Below are positions 51,701 to 64,000 of a DNA stretch of 64,000 bases, piece by piece. The notes beneath the pieces were generated by a model. The model saw only the letters and a program-made list of their open reading frames with translations. It was not told where the DNA came from and made no database searches. The translations under genes and the position numbers were made by a program. Source of the stretch: Lingula anatina (taxonomy: Eukaryota; Animalia; Brachiopoda); NCBI GenBank assembly GCA_051362555.1, contig CM120641.1:5890001-5954000 (forward strand), read 5' to 3'. Each line of letters starts with the position of its first letter. The stretch's first letter is position 1.

Positions 51701-54467
51701 GATGGACAGAATATTTTGACTACTTGTACAATATATTAGATTTATTACTCATCTACACTTCACATCACGCCCACATAAGATCATTGCACAATGCAGTGGG
51801 CCTGTGACCTAATACTACATTTCCTACTGAACATAACTGGGCAGCAGTTTGCTTTCATCTCTGGTAACATCTATCTGTCTGTCAGTCAAGTATGTCTTTG
51901 CCTGTCTATCATTACTGTCTCTCTCTCTGCCTGCCTGTCTAGTCTGTCTGTCTGTCTGCCCTTATCAGAAACTGAAAACCTGAGAAACTTTTTTGTCTGG
52001 GATTTAAAAAAATGATTATAATTTTTTTTAAATAAATTAAATGGTGGAATTTTATTCTATTCTAGAAAAGATTTAAAAAAACATCTTTATGTTTATTTAT
52101 CTTGGTATTAATGTGACATTTTCAGACGAAAAGAGTGCACGAGAAAGGAAAAAATTCTCAGGATTGTCTACGTTAATCAAAATGGACATCATCCCCTTAT
52201 GAACTCTTTTTCAACAACTGGGCAAAAAAGATAACCACCAACTGAGTTCAAGAAAAAAGAGAAGATAATGTCATTTTTTCCAAACAAATCTTTAAAAAAA
52301 AGAGATTTCCTCTCTGAAATTTGATCTCATCAGAAATTGTGCAGGGTCATTCATTTCCTTGGCAAATTCCCACCATGGATGCCTCCTCCTGTGGTTCTCT
52401 ATCTACCTCACATCTCTCCACATTACGGCAATGGGAGACCACAGCATAAACATAGTCAATGGCTTGGTTAAGACAATGAATGGCACAGGCAGGGTGGTGG
52501 TGATATCAATTACACTGACTCCACTATTAGTACTACTACAAATGGGAATCACACAGACAGAAGAGTATCGCTGTCAAGAAATGGGTTGTTTTCTCCCATT
52601 ATCTTCTATCTTGTGTTTCAAACTTTTGACTTGGGTTACTTTTCCAACCAAAACTCCCCATTATCCCAGTATTCTCACTTCCATATTAGATCAATTTACT
52701 GTGCACACCCAGACATTATTTTTCAAAATAAATTTCTTTCATAGTATCTTTTGTCACCATTATTCTCTTGATCACAATCTTAATGCGTCATTCTTCTTCC
52801 AGTAATATTTCCATCATTCTTCCTTAAACAAATTGTTTTTCATAACATCCTTCATATTTCAAAGCAGTAATCCTACTATTTATATCATCTTTCTAAATTC
52901 CCTTAGAATATTTATTCTTTTCTGAGGGTCTTCAGTGCATTTCTATGTCAAAGCAGAAGATAAAGTGACCAAAGAGCATAGTACAGGGAGATTAACATTC
53001 CAGGACATCATGGAGGCATGCAACAATCCTTTACAGAAAAATAATCATCACAGCACTGGCCACCATCAATGGACAGTAAAGAATAAATTTCATTGTCTTC
53101 TGCTAGACATATCAAGGTCACATGATTGAAAATAGATACAGGAGGCCAGGGATGGAGAATTAACTGAGGGATGATCAAGTATCCCTCTCAGACAACAGAC
53201 AGCCACTCTCTCCTTGCAAAACAGATCAGTGGCCTAATGATGACCAACAAGAATCCAGCCCAAAATAGAGGATGGTAATTGCATTTCCTTTCTCAAAAAC
53301 CTCTTTGTAAACATGTCAAGTTGTCACAATGCCAGCCTCAATATAGGAAAGAGTTTGCGATGCCACTACAGGATTTTGTTTTGAAAAATTTTGTCCTCTT
53401 TCCCACAACATTTCCTGACATGGTACACGACTCTTACATCATTGTGTAATACACTGTCTAGTTATATTTATAAGCAGATTTAAGAATGTACCGCATATGA
53501 ACTACATGTGCTCAAAATCTGAGACTGCTCTAACAGCAAGTCGAAATGGCAGTATTGTAAATGTGCACAAGGTGAAAATTTGCTTACAGTGATCCTGCTT
53601 TGCAGCATATCATAACAGCAGCATTGACAGTACAGACAGCAGCATTGTTGATGTACAGTAGGGACATAATTAACTTCTAATGTATTTGCACAACAAAAAG
53701 TAGTCATCTTTGCACCTGTGCATATGAATCTTATCATGTGCTACAGGCAATTCTAGTACACAGCAACACTCTTGGAAGCATCATAATGTTCCCTCAATCA
53801 CTTAAAGCAAAACACACCATATCAACTGTGCCTGGATAATGACTGTATCTCGGTGTAAAAACACTACATTTAATAACTATATTGTATTTCTGTAATTCCC
53901 ACATCAATCAAACATACTCAGCCAAGCTTAATTATATGAACCAGGAGTAGTTAAAGGCAACTTCAATTTCTTTTGATATTCCCAAATGATTAGGATCAAT
54001 CAATTGAAAAATAACAATAACATATCTTTACTTATTGCATTCACAATTATCATTACCATTAAAAACTTGACAACAAAATATCCAGAGCAATAAATTGCTT
54101 ATATTCATTAGCCATGACCAGAATACAAAAGATATCCATCATGAGAAATAAATATAACATACAGACATAGCACTTAAAGCATTTGTGTCAACTGCCAGTA
54201 AGAAAATCAAAAACGTATCAAAAGAAATTCTTACTGTATGTTTTATCTCATCTGCCTACTTACATCATTTTCATCTACAGTGAGTCCATCATATCCATCC
54301 CCAGATGAGCGGAACATGTGGCACAGACTCATCATCTGGGGACCAATACTCTGAAAATAAATGAGGAAGATTGTATTATATTAAATGACATCACCAAGTA
54401 AAAATCAGCAAGAGAAAAAAACTGTCAATGTGTACATAAATCCACATGCATGCTGTATCTCTGTGCA

Positions 54468-54498
<31 letters not shown>

Positions 54499-57400
54499 CT
54501 TGTAAATCTCAGGTACCTATGATACTTTAAAAAAACCATGCATCCTGAAAGATATAAATAATCCTTACTAGTATATAAATTTTTTTAACTAAAAAAAAAC
54601 CACAACAAAATAGTATTTTATCTCTGTCCATATGACAGTCATACTTTTAGGAAGTTCTTCATGCTAGATGTCCAGCTCTCGAAGTGTCCAGTCTTGCCAT
54701 GTAAGTCATTCAGACCAAATGGTCAAGTCACACTGACCAGTAAGTAGTCCTACCAAAATTTTGTGACAATCTTGCATCAGCTCGGCACCGAACTTCCTCA
54801 AAAAGGTGCAGGTACAATGCTAATGATGTCCAAGATGACATCAAAGTACTTTTGCAATATTCTCTACGATACAGGGTATAGGTGATTATGACAGTCTCTG
54901 GGCTATTAATTATGCATAATATATATCTTGTTGAATGACAGGTGCCTTTGGTGCAAAAAAGGGCTGTGCTACAACTTATTCAATTTTTCTCAAAGGGGAA
55001 ACACTTTAATCACTAACTGGAATCATTAAAATGCAACATCCATACTTTACTTTACAATGTATTCAAGCTTTTTAAAAACCTCAAAATTTTGATACACTTT
55101 TTCTTCTTGCGTCATAGAATTATGGCAGGACATTATTAATTTATGACATGACAGGAAGTGTACTTCATGGGATAGAACATGCCACTGTGCACTGGATGAA
55201 AGTGAAGCATCTTTCACTGAAAGGTTCTGATCAGGCTGTCTCAGCAGGAATGTAGGGATTTGTGGTTTTACTCAATCTGGACCCAATTCCTGCCAAAACT
55301 ACACAAACCACTGTCTAACTGGATTTAACCTCTCAAAACCCAACTCTCAAGAGAAAAATAGAATTAAAGCATATGCTTCAAATTTTAGGTTTGTTGTGGT
55401 TTCACTGAAAGCACATCATAATCTTTTTAAGTCTCTGAACTGCCCAACTGCTAAAATTATGCATACAAAAGGCATATAATTGTAATTATGACCTCTAATT
55501 ATATTAGGGGATTCTTGATTACATATTAATAACATGCAATGCATGCCAAGTGCAACTTCATTCTACATGGGACAAAACAGTTCCCAGATTAGAACCAGCA
55601 TTCAGATTTTGCCTAGGGTTTCTAATGATGTAGAATAACTCTGGACTTAAGTAATGTTTAGGCAAATACTATATCATGTTTAGACAACATTTTGTGACAC
55701 TGGAAGCCCTAACAGCTTTGAAACATGTTATCAAGATTGATTTTTAGTTTTTTTTGCTAGTGTACATGGTGCTTTATCAATAAGAATTATTGTTCAGCAA
55801 CAGTGGTTTTACATTTGTTCATCATACAAATAAAACAGACACATAGCATAATGTTATCTAGAACTAACCCAAAAGGTGCCAGTATCTTTCTAGGAAATTG
55901 GCCAAGGTTAGTGTTACAAATCCACTTTCCTTTCACCCATAAATGTCAATCACCTAAGACGTGTATAAAAGGAAGACCTTCATCTAACAACATATTAACA
56001 TAACGAAGCTTCTAGCTACAACATTGTACTTCATCAATTGATGTACAACAGCATATATTAGAAAGAGCACTGTGGCAGCTAACCTGAACACCAACCAATT
56101 AGACACTAAGTGTATGTAAACAAATTTGCATTTTTGTGTCAGGTTTGGGTGAATAACACATATTTACATTTACATAAAAATAAAACATGAAAATAAATAT
56201 AACAATCCTTGACACATTTTTGGTTAAACAATGCAAATAATGTGGGTTAGTCATATTCTAAATAAATCAGGATAAGGAAAAAGAATATTCCCTAAATCAC
56301 AGTGGTATCCCCTAATGGTCCTCTGTTTAGAAATAATCAAAGTCTGCCCCAGCCCTAGTATTTACGTCAATGCCATCCATATTGAAACATTATTCTTGGA
56401 AATGTACATTATAGAATAACAAGATGAGTGCATTGCCTTCATGGTTGTAAAAATCACCTGTAGAACTCGACCTTTTGGATTCACCCTACATATACGAAAC
56501 CACCCCGTTTTCAGCCCTGTATCCCTTTCCTGATACAACCAAGTATAATATACTGAATATAGACATTACCTCATTGGTTACAAAAGCATTTTTTTCAAAT
56601 TGGAAAACATCCTTATTTTGAAAACATTCCATGCAACCTGACCTTTCAAGCTTCACCCTATGAAGTGGAAACCACTGTGTTTACAATAACCAAGTACCCC
56701 GATCTCCTTCCACCCACCCACACACACCACACATCAATACACTGAACCAAGGAATGGCAGGTATTTCATACATGAAGTCCATCGCTACTCACTGTTGGAA
56801 AATCTATCTATATCTTGTCCAGAAATTTGTATCAATGAATTACTAACCACACTGGAATTCCAAACACAACAGCCCAGCTGAGTTCTATTTTTTTTCCAGA
56901 GTCTGTAGGTCTTTTCACTGACAATAATAAAAGACAGTCTGGGGACCATAACCCTTCAATACTGGTAAATAGTCTTCCCTGCTGTAAATAACCATGGGAA
57001 ATCACGCTGCCACTGACTTCTTAGCTCTGATCAACTGTCATCATATTCTATCCATATTGGTCACCACCCTAGAAATAGCCCTGGTCAATCAATGGTTCTC
57101 CTCCAGGGAATAAATTACTCATTGATTGATCACAGAGTACTGGAAATCCTGAATCACAATAGTTTCCTCATATCGAAGTTGAATTTTAATGTACTACACT
57201 GCCCATTACTGAGTAAAATAAACAGGGGTTAGCAGTGAATAATTCTAAGAAAAACAGTGGACATCAGAAACTATGGCAGGATTTAATCAGAAGTACTAGA
57301 CATACCAGTCCTGCTCCATTCTGGTCACCCTGTTTTGCCAGTGGCTTGGCTTTACTCAGCATGTACTCTCCTTCACTTTTATATAGGCTAGGGATGCAGG

Positions 57401-58706
57401 AGTTTCCAATGGACTTTGAAAGTCAGGGTGCTATCAGAGCAGCCAGAGAGTACATAAAAAAGATACCCACTTGTTCACAATGACACCTTGCTGTTTATGA
57501 ACACAGGTGATTAAAAACGAGGATTAATATCAGACATCAATTCTATCTTATGGTCAATGAAATATCCATTTGAATAAACCCCAGGACCATTAATATGCAT
57601 TCATTTCCTCCATACTCCAGTACACATTAACTGGCGCTTTTCACATTGTGATAAAAAAGAATATATCTACAGGATCTAGAGCAGTTTCATTCCTCTTGGG
57701 TGTTCACAGCACTGCTCTCAACTTATAAATCCAGTAACAAAATGGATGACTTTACTGGCTAGAGTTGCAATCACCATTTTATGTCTGATTTTCTGATGCA
57801 TTTTTTGCAGTTGCAGGTCAAAAAGCATGAAACAGTTAAGAGCAGGTATCTGCTATTCATAATTTATATCTGCATAAAAATTGTGCACATAATCTTATTT
57901 GAAAGACTGAATCAAGCATTGGGAGGTATATAATAGGCAATGTACATAAAAAGAAAATAATCAAAACTGATATGAAATGATGTATCGCTGATTAAAAATG
58001 TGCTATAAAAGTTTGATGGAATGATTTGTAATTTCAAACACTTAAATAAATATCTCCCTTCCAAACAAGATGATCTTGTGAGACTTCGTGGGTTACTGTT
58101 TGCATCCTTAAAGCATCCACTATACCTGTGATATTACTAAATGAAAGGCTGGCATAGCAAAAGAGTGCTCTTAGACAATAAAATATGTAATATAAATATA
58201 TGCCACCATATAGTATACATAATATTGTGCATAATACAGGTAAGGCAAAGAGACAATTGCACTGCAAGTTACAGCTGCCAGTATTATCTCAGGGCTCCTT
58301 AACCTGTGCCATGAAACATCAAAGCCATGCCAAGATAACTGTAAAAATTATTGGCAATTATAGCTGGATTAGAACAGGTGAAAGTTATATAACTGTCAAA
58401 CAGGTGACCATGCATAACACTGTCTGATTGAAAACATGAGATTCATTCAAGGACATGCGTTCTTGTGATGCTTAATTCAATATTAAGATTCTACATAAAT
58501 ATACATATTTATTATATATATTAATATGAAGATAAATACTGCCATGATTGGGATGCCCCTGGTGTGGCTGATATTCTGGTGTTAATTGATCTTAAGCTGG
58601 ATTACATTTATAGAGCATAAGATAAGCAGACCCATCCTTCCTGGCAGAGTGTGATATCAGAAGGCCCCCTGGGAGAACAGCTGCTTTTTCTAGAATTGCC
58701 TGCTTG

Positions 58707-58744
<38 letters not shown>

Positions 58745-61700
58745 CCTCCCTCCCTCCCTCCCAAAGAACACAAACATGCAATTGACATTTTCTCATATGC
58801 TATGCAAAAATATATTTCATACATCATTTTATTCAGTTGGATTATGTCCTCTACTGCCCTATATCATTATATAAATGCTCTAATACATGCTGGTTTTTCC
58901 CATTAGCAGCCTGCATACAGCACTTCATTCCCTGACCACATATTCATCAAAAATTACCATAAACAAGAATTAATCAAGCCACTGTTATTTTGTCCCTGGT
59001 AAGCTGGGAAGATAAAAACACAGAGGCAGTGAAGCAATGAGCACAGCACAGGTATAGTGCCTAGGTTGTTCTGCTTGACAGCCTTACAAGAGGTCAAAGC
59101 AATATAGAAAGTTTAATGGTAATGGAAAACAACATGTACTAACACACTACGGTGGAGCCAAGGTGACTGTATGAAGCCTACCAAACCACAATATTTCTCA
59201 AAAGTAAATGATCTATTATAAAGAGCGATTCTTCATTTACTCACCCTTCTGGAGTCTTGGTGAGCTGGGGACTTGTCCTTCGCCAGCGTGCCAAATATTG
59301 AAGGCTGAAAAGAGCAGAATGGGGAATCTAGGTCAAAAAGCTTATTAAAAAGGTCTCTGAAAAAAGAGCTCTTTTATGAATAACAAAGGAGCAGGGACAG
59401 CAAGTGTGAATGAAGTCTGCTCATCTTGTCAGCAGCCACACACAATTCTTTACCTGATACTTTGCATGTAAACAGCCTCCTCCTTCTGAAAAACCATCCA
59501 TTCCGATATCATAAACGCAGTAGTTGCAACACACACTTTTGATAGATAACCTATTGTTAGAAGTGTACATGTAAATCCGTAAAGCCTTCTCTGCCTCTGG
59601 CAAAAATCTGTGCTGTAAATATAGTTAATCTATGATGTAGTAGTGGTAGTAAACCCGAGTTTACAAGTGAAATGTTTCTCCTGCCTGTAATGTGTGACTG
59701 ACTTCTGTGTGTTTATAAGATCTCTCTGAAGGGCTGCGTCTATCCAGCACACCCACATCTTCGTTTGAGTGTGGAGAGAGTAGCAAGTCACTGACTATAA
59801 TTAGCTGCAGGATGCTGGGTGTAAGGTTTCTGCCAACTGCAGATGGCAGCAGAGGTAATGTGCACATTGCCTGTGGTACAGGTAAATTGGTCCCCTATGC
59901 CCATCACACATAAAAAAATACCTTTCCTGCCGGCCACATACATTTTCCCTTTTAATAATTTATTACTGATATTAGTATAGCCAAAAAAAGTATATATATG
60001 TAATACTTATTCGGCAAAGTGAATTTTAACCAGTGGCAAGCTTTCAATAAGATAATTCCTTCCCGCCCACATGTCTTCTTCAACCCATACTTTGAAACTG
60101 TGACTAAAAGGAAGTTCAAACTTTTTATGTTCTATAAATATGTCAGTCCCCAGATATAGTTTACATAGGTATTCCTCATCTTTTCACATCAGTTTGTATC
60201 AGTACAAAAAGTTAAGTAAACAGAAAAAAATAGAATATTAAGTTTTGCAAAATACCAATATGCAGCACACCAAAACTAGGAAAAACAGATAATATCTTAC
60301 CCGGCTTTTGGGTGTCTGCTTCAAGCCTATAGCTGGCTGGCTTCTGGAGGACTGAAAACAGAAAAAGAAATATTCTTATTCATTCTTTCCATTTTATATA
60401 ACATGATTCACTAGCCCTGTGAAAGATAGCAGAAAAATGAGCACCTTCTTATCGCCTCAGCAAAAACACAATATCTGCAATGTATTTTCTTACCAACAGA
60501 GTACAACTATCTTTGATAATATTGTATTCAAGGCAATGCCAGGAGCTTTTGGATGAGGAAGCTTCTATTTCTGGGCTTATGCCCAGGTTCAGAGTTACAG
60601 TATTATTCCTCTTACACAAAGATAGATAGCTAAATCCAATCGTGTCATATCTGTCTGGCAAAAGGGAAGAAACATGGTTATAAAGACAGTAGATGTAATA
60701 TTCTCAAGCGTGGACCCTAATGATCATAATGCTGCCATAAATATGGATAATAAATAGACAAGAAGATGATGTCAGGGTAGATGCAGGCACAGAAATCAAT
60801 ACTGATCGGATTAAGTCATGCTCAGCCTCTCATTTAGATGTATTGGAACTTAATCAAATTAGGCAGAAAAAGAAAAAAAAGACCATCTCAATTTAGCCTC
60901 TGTAAGGGTACATTTTTTCAGCACTAAGAAAAAAATTCTTCACAAATTTGACAAAAATACTACCCAATTCTTCATATTTTTCCTCAGAGAAAGTGATCTG
61001 CTTTGTCTATTCTTTTAAGTTTAATAAGAAACTAAGCCAAGTCAATCAATAGCATTATTCCGACAGGATATGGAAATTATACTCTCGTCAGGGTCATGGT
61101 TTGCTATTGCTACAGACGATGATGATTGACTGGTGCAAATCCCATAAATGAAAAAAAACTAAACTGCCGGATTATATAGTACCATTTTTATCAGCAATAA
61201 CACTACATTAGAAAAAATGATGTACATGACTTTTTTTATTATCTGATCTAAGATGTAAGTTTCCAACCTAAACAAAAGAAATAATCAAGATTGTTTTCTT
61301 TTATAAATAGCACCATCTAGTGCTTACTTGGTCAACCACTAAACAATCTCTTTGATAAATATCAGTACCAGGAACTATTAATATAACAAGGAATCTCTAC
61401 ATATTGAAAGAAACAACAATCCTTCTTTTACACACAATGTACTTAATTGGATATCTTAATATTCTTGGCAAAAGTACTCCAATATGTTAACAACAGGGCA
61501 TGCCTTGCACCGTACAAGTGTGAATAGATAGAGTAATTCAATGTTCACCTAAATGCTTTTTATAAACCAAGATCTCTATCAGTTAATTGCTTTGCCAGGC
61601 TTAATGACTGTCACCCAATGTGTGCCAATGAGATGTATCTGTCTTATGATCACAGGGAACTAAAGCTTGATTGTCATGACTGAGTTTGTAAACAGCACGA

Positions 61701-63233
61701 TAAATTGCACAACAATGACAGATATACCGCATTGTGAGTCTGCTCAGGTGCCATCTGAACAAAGTGGGACTATGCACACTGACTATGTCATAAATAGCTT
61801 CAAAACCTCTCTGTTCTTCCTACATGAACATCTGACCTTTTTTATCAGTCTTCAAGGTGGTGACTTAAGAAAAAATCACTATTAACATTAATCTTTATCT
61901 AAAATATTTTTAATAAAAAAAATACAATAAAAACATCTGCAATTTAGCAAATTAAGGTTTATCTATAGGTAAAAAAAGTTTTTCAAATATATTGTCTTAA
62001 AAAATGTTATTTAAAAATTGACTGAGGTACTCATAATTTTTTAAATATCACATCAACAGCTTTGATGACAATCACTATGCTATTTTCCATTTAAAAAAGT
62101 GATGAGTTTCAGTTTTGTTAAAGAAGGGATGGAAAAGGTGTTCCACAATACCAGTAACTTGTCAACTTTTAAATTCTAACAGTGGGGTGTCAGGTGCATT
62201 GAAACCCACTCAAGCCATTAATTTCCTGTCCAAGTGCCGTAATCATTGCTTAAGCAACAATGAAAGTGGTTAACTCAAATTATCCTTCAAGAATTTAACC
62301 ACTCACACCAGGGCATTTCCCCCAAAGCAAGTTTGTTGTGAAAGAACTCAACTTTAAATTGATATGAAAGAAATTGCTGCAACTATTTATTAATGTCCCA
62401 TCCCAATTTAATGTTGATTACATCCAACCACAGGTTTTTATGTAACAAAAAACTCATTCATCTTCAAGCTGTGAAAATGGCCGTAAAATATAAGGGAGTG
62501 TTAGAGGAGATAATTTGATAACCTCTCTTTTAATAAAAAGGTAATTTTGGCAAAATGGACTGGAAGATTTAGAAGTCTGCTTCTTTTGAAACCTGATCAC
62601 AACAGGAAGGTTAACATTATTATCTTTGCCAAGTTCTATTTTATAAAGGACCATATTATTCAGTGATCATTATGCCATGTGCAGGAAAACACACAATTCA
62701 TTAATGTCTGTCTGTCCCAGGTCTAAAATAAGTTCCCACTTGCTGTAGTGGAGACTTAAACCAACATTCAGATTAACAATGCAGTGTCTTTTAAAGGTGA
62801 AGTTGTATGATGAAGTAAAATCATTCTTAACTTTTCACTATCCATACATGTGAACTTTTCCTAGAAAGAGTCCAATAATCCATAAAAGTTAATTTTGCTC
62901 AGTCGAAATTGACTGACAAAAGATGAAAATAATATGAAAAGTTCAAAAAGATAATTAATCAACTATGATGTACACATTTTCCTCCTTTTCCAAATTAACA
63001 ATATCAATCATCTCATGACCAATAGCTCTAACAAAGTATCTAAAGCTAAACAACCAGTTGCATCAGCTTTTAATTTACAGCAGTAACCTTTGCAGCACCA
63101 GTAATCATAAAGCAAAACTTGTGGATGCACATCAAGAGTTTCACATTTCACAAAGTTAATTAGACTCTATGAAAAATTGATTTTTAAGACACTAAATACT
63201 ACTTACCGTTCTCTTCGCATGGTAAATTAGTAT
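34407..63233 (-). CDS. RASGEF1B: Ras-GEF domain-containing family member 1 (RASGEF1A/B/C-like; REM + CDC25 domains). Exons: 63233-63207(?), 60351-60301(?), 59304-59245(?), 54350-54264, 50490-50401, 49974-49897, 49435-49388, 49020-48977, 48192-48051, 47750-47667, 47139-47074, 46811-46746, 46452-46357, 46166-46064, 45790-45750, 45439-45401, 44928-44833, 43525-43458, 42944-42917, 40378-40322, 38746-38680, 37922-37850, 34425-34407. The 5' end may lie beyond the window.
   Basis: Hand-spliced translation includes GNLLAGSLDALIRHLVPTAEYYPDRTYTFAFLLSSRL, EWTEMLPYDFRDERMM, LAQQLTHIELERLTNIGPEEFVQAF, NLEAYVQWFNRLSYLVATEICM, FNIGNFNSLMAII, HQMDPSNNFSSYRSTLKAA, IVIPFFSLLVKDIYFLNEG, LPNGHINFEKFWQLAKQ and LASFECEPPEN, all characteristic of RASGEF1. 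All introns are GT-AG and in frame. The three most 5' exons rest on splice signals and frame only. The symbol denotes the family; one-to-one orthology with B is not shown. Confidence 0.93.
34698..36442 (-). pseudogene. LINE ORF2 reverse transcriptase fragment, single frameshift near 36085
   Basis: Restoring one A in TTCAAA(A)CGGCAGTA gives FKTAVIKPLLKK and fuses the two ORFs. Confidence 0.85.
36292..36674. repeat. Exact 191-bp tandem duplication spanning the LINE 5' junction
   Basis: 36292-36482 is repeated at 36483-36673; the identical ORF starts at 36442 and 36633 are 191 bp apart. Confidence 0.9.
37181..37310. repeat. (GT)n(GA)n microsatellite followed by a ~43-bp tandem duplication
   Basis: GAGAGACTCCAGTTTTTT(T)ATTAGGACTTG(A/G)GAATTACACAGA appears twice. 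Confidence 0.85.
40485..40630. repeat. Diverged ~78-bp tandem duplication in a RasGEF1 intron
   Basis: CTAGATATTTCCT.GCTT.A.AA.AACCCAT.T.A.ATATAGTATCATT.AGCAT occurs twice. Confidence 0.7.
42745..42795. repeat. (GT)n microsatellite
   Basis: Seen directly. Confidence 0.9.
44251..44398. mobile_element. MITE-like inverted repeat in a RasGEF1 intron
   Basis: AACTCGAAAGCATCACAAATTG ... CAATTTGCGATGTTTTCGAGTT. It retains CpGs inside an otherwise CpG-poor intron. Confidence 0.6.
57306..57385 (-). promoter_or_regulatory. Candidate internal TATA promoter and alternative first exon of RasGEF1
   Basis: Minus-strand TATATAAAA at 57385-57377, followed by a short exon-like stretch ending CTG|GTATGT at 57306. 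Confidence 0.4.
58709..58762. repeat. (TC)n(CCCT)n polypyrimidine microsatellite
   Basis: Seen directly. Confidence 0.9.
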
Positions 63234-64000
63234 CTGCAGGCAAGACATTGTTGCACTTGTATAACTGTCTGGATCACAATTCAGGGGTTAAATCCAAATA
63301 AAATACACTAACTTAAATTCCTTTGGGGCATGTGCCTAGATAAAGAACAGCTCTTACAAATGACTATCTCCAAATTAAAAGCTGTACCCTGATAAAGTTT
63401 CAGGTAAAAAAATTCCTTTAAATTGTATGATAAGTAGTTCAATCCACTTGTTAGGGGATTACAGTATCGCCATATGCATTTAGTTCTAAATATCCCCCTC
63501 TGCAGGGCAGCAGAGCATTTGCAGTCCCCACTCAGTCTGAGCCAAGTAGCTCCTAGCTAAATGTTCCCACAATTTTCAGTTGAAAAACTCAACTGTCCTC
63601 CTCTTAATAACAGCATGTAAAACAACTCCTGAAGTACAGTGTGTGTAGGCACTAGTCCTTTAGTAAGGTCTGTAATTACAGGCGATGTGTATAAATTTGT
63701 CATAAATCATCTGCAATGCTGCCAGGTGAAACAAGGAGACCGATCAGTCCAAGATAGCAGTGTGACCCTGTCTCATCTAGAGGTCCTACCTGTGCTGTAT
63801 AAGATCATGAATGCTGAATATATGGAAATGGGACACAGAGTACCACCTATACTTTAAGTGTGCTGTCTCCCACAATGTGACTTGACTTAACCCACCCTCC
63901 TATCTGTCCCCAGTATCAAAACTGGTTATGTGACAAGTGAAAACAAACCTTGGCAGTCACACACATGTAACATGCCTCTCTGACAGCCATGCCCCACTGG

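Noticed and set aside
52359-52805. 148-aa hydrophobic plus-strand ORF in a RasGEF1 intron
   Set aside because: Non-ATG start, no motif, and composition typical of AT-rich intron or decayed repeat.

Overview
AT-rich, intron-rich animal genomic DNA, probably from a marine invertebrate (species not determinable). It is not prokaryotic, and most entries in the ORF track are spurious or are single exons. All genes I can assemble lie on the minus strand. (1) Three paralogous, unrecognised ~171-176 aa helical-protein genes (CDS 596-1619, 5696-6850, 13841-14561). Each has two coding exons, an identical 203-nt last coding exon, and one copy of a ~38-aa internal repeat per exon. The first two come from a ~5-kb tandem duplication. 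(2) A three-exon, 63-codon gene (28830-29867) that the ORF track misses except for its first exon. It encodes a signal peptide, a ~20-aa N/O-glycosylatable peptide and a GPI-anchor signal, i.e. a CD52/CD24-type architecture. (3) A ~23-exon RasGEF1-family gene (34407 to at least 63233) with a young, 5'-truncated CR1/L2-type LINE in its last intron. The window also holds several MITEs and long palindromes, local tandem repeats and microsatellites, and by eye shows a mosaic CpG pattern (depleted at ~1-9.7 kb and ~32.7-64 kb, CpG-normal between). Gene models were spliced by hand from GT-AG sites and frame continuity; no database searches were run.
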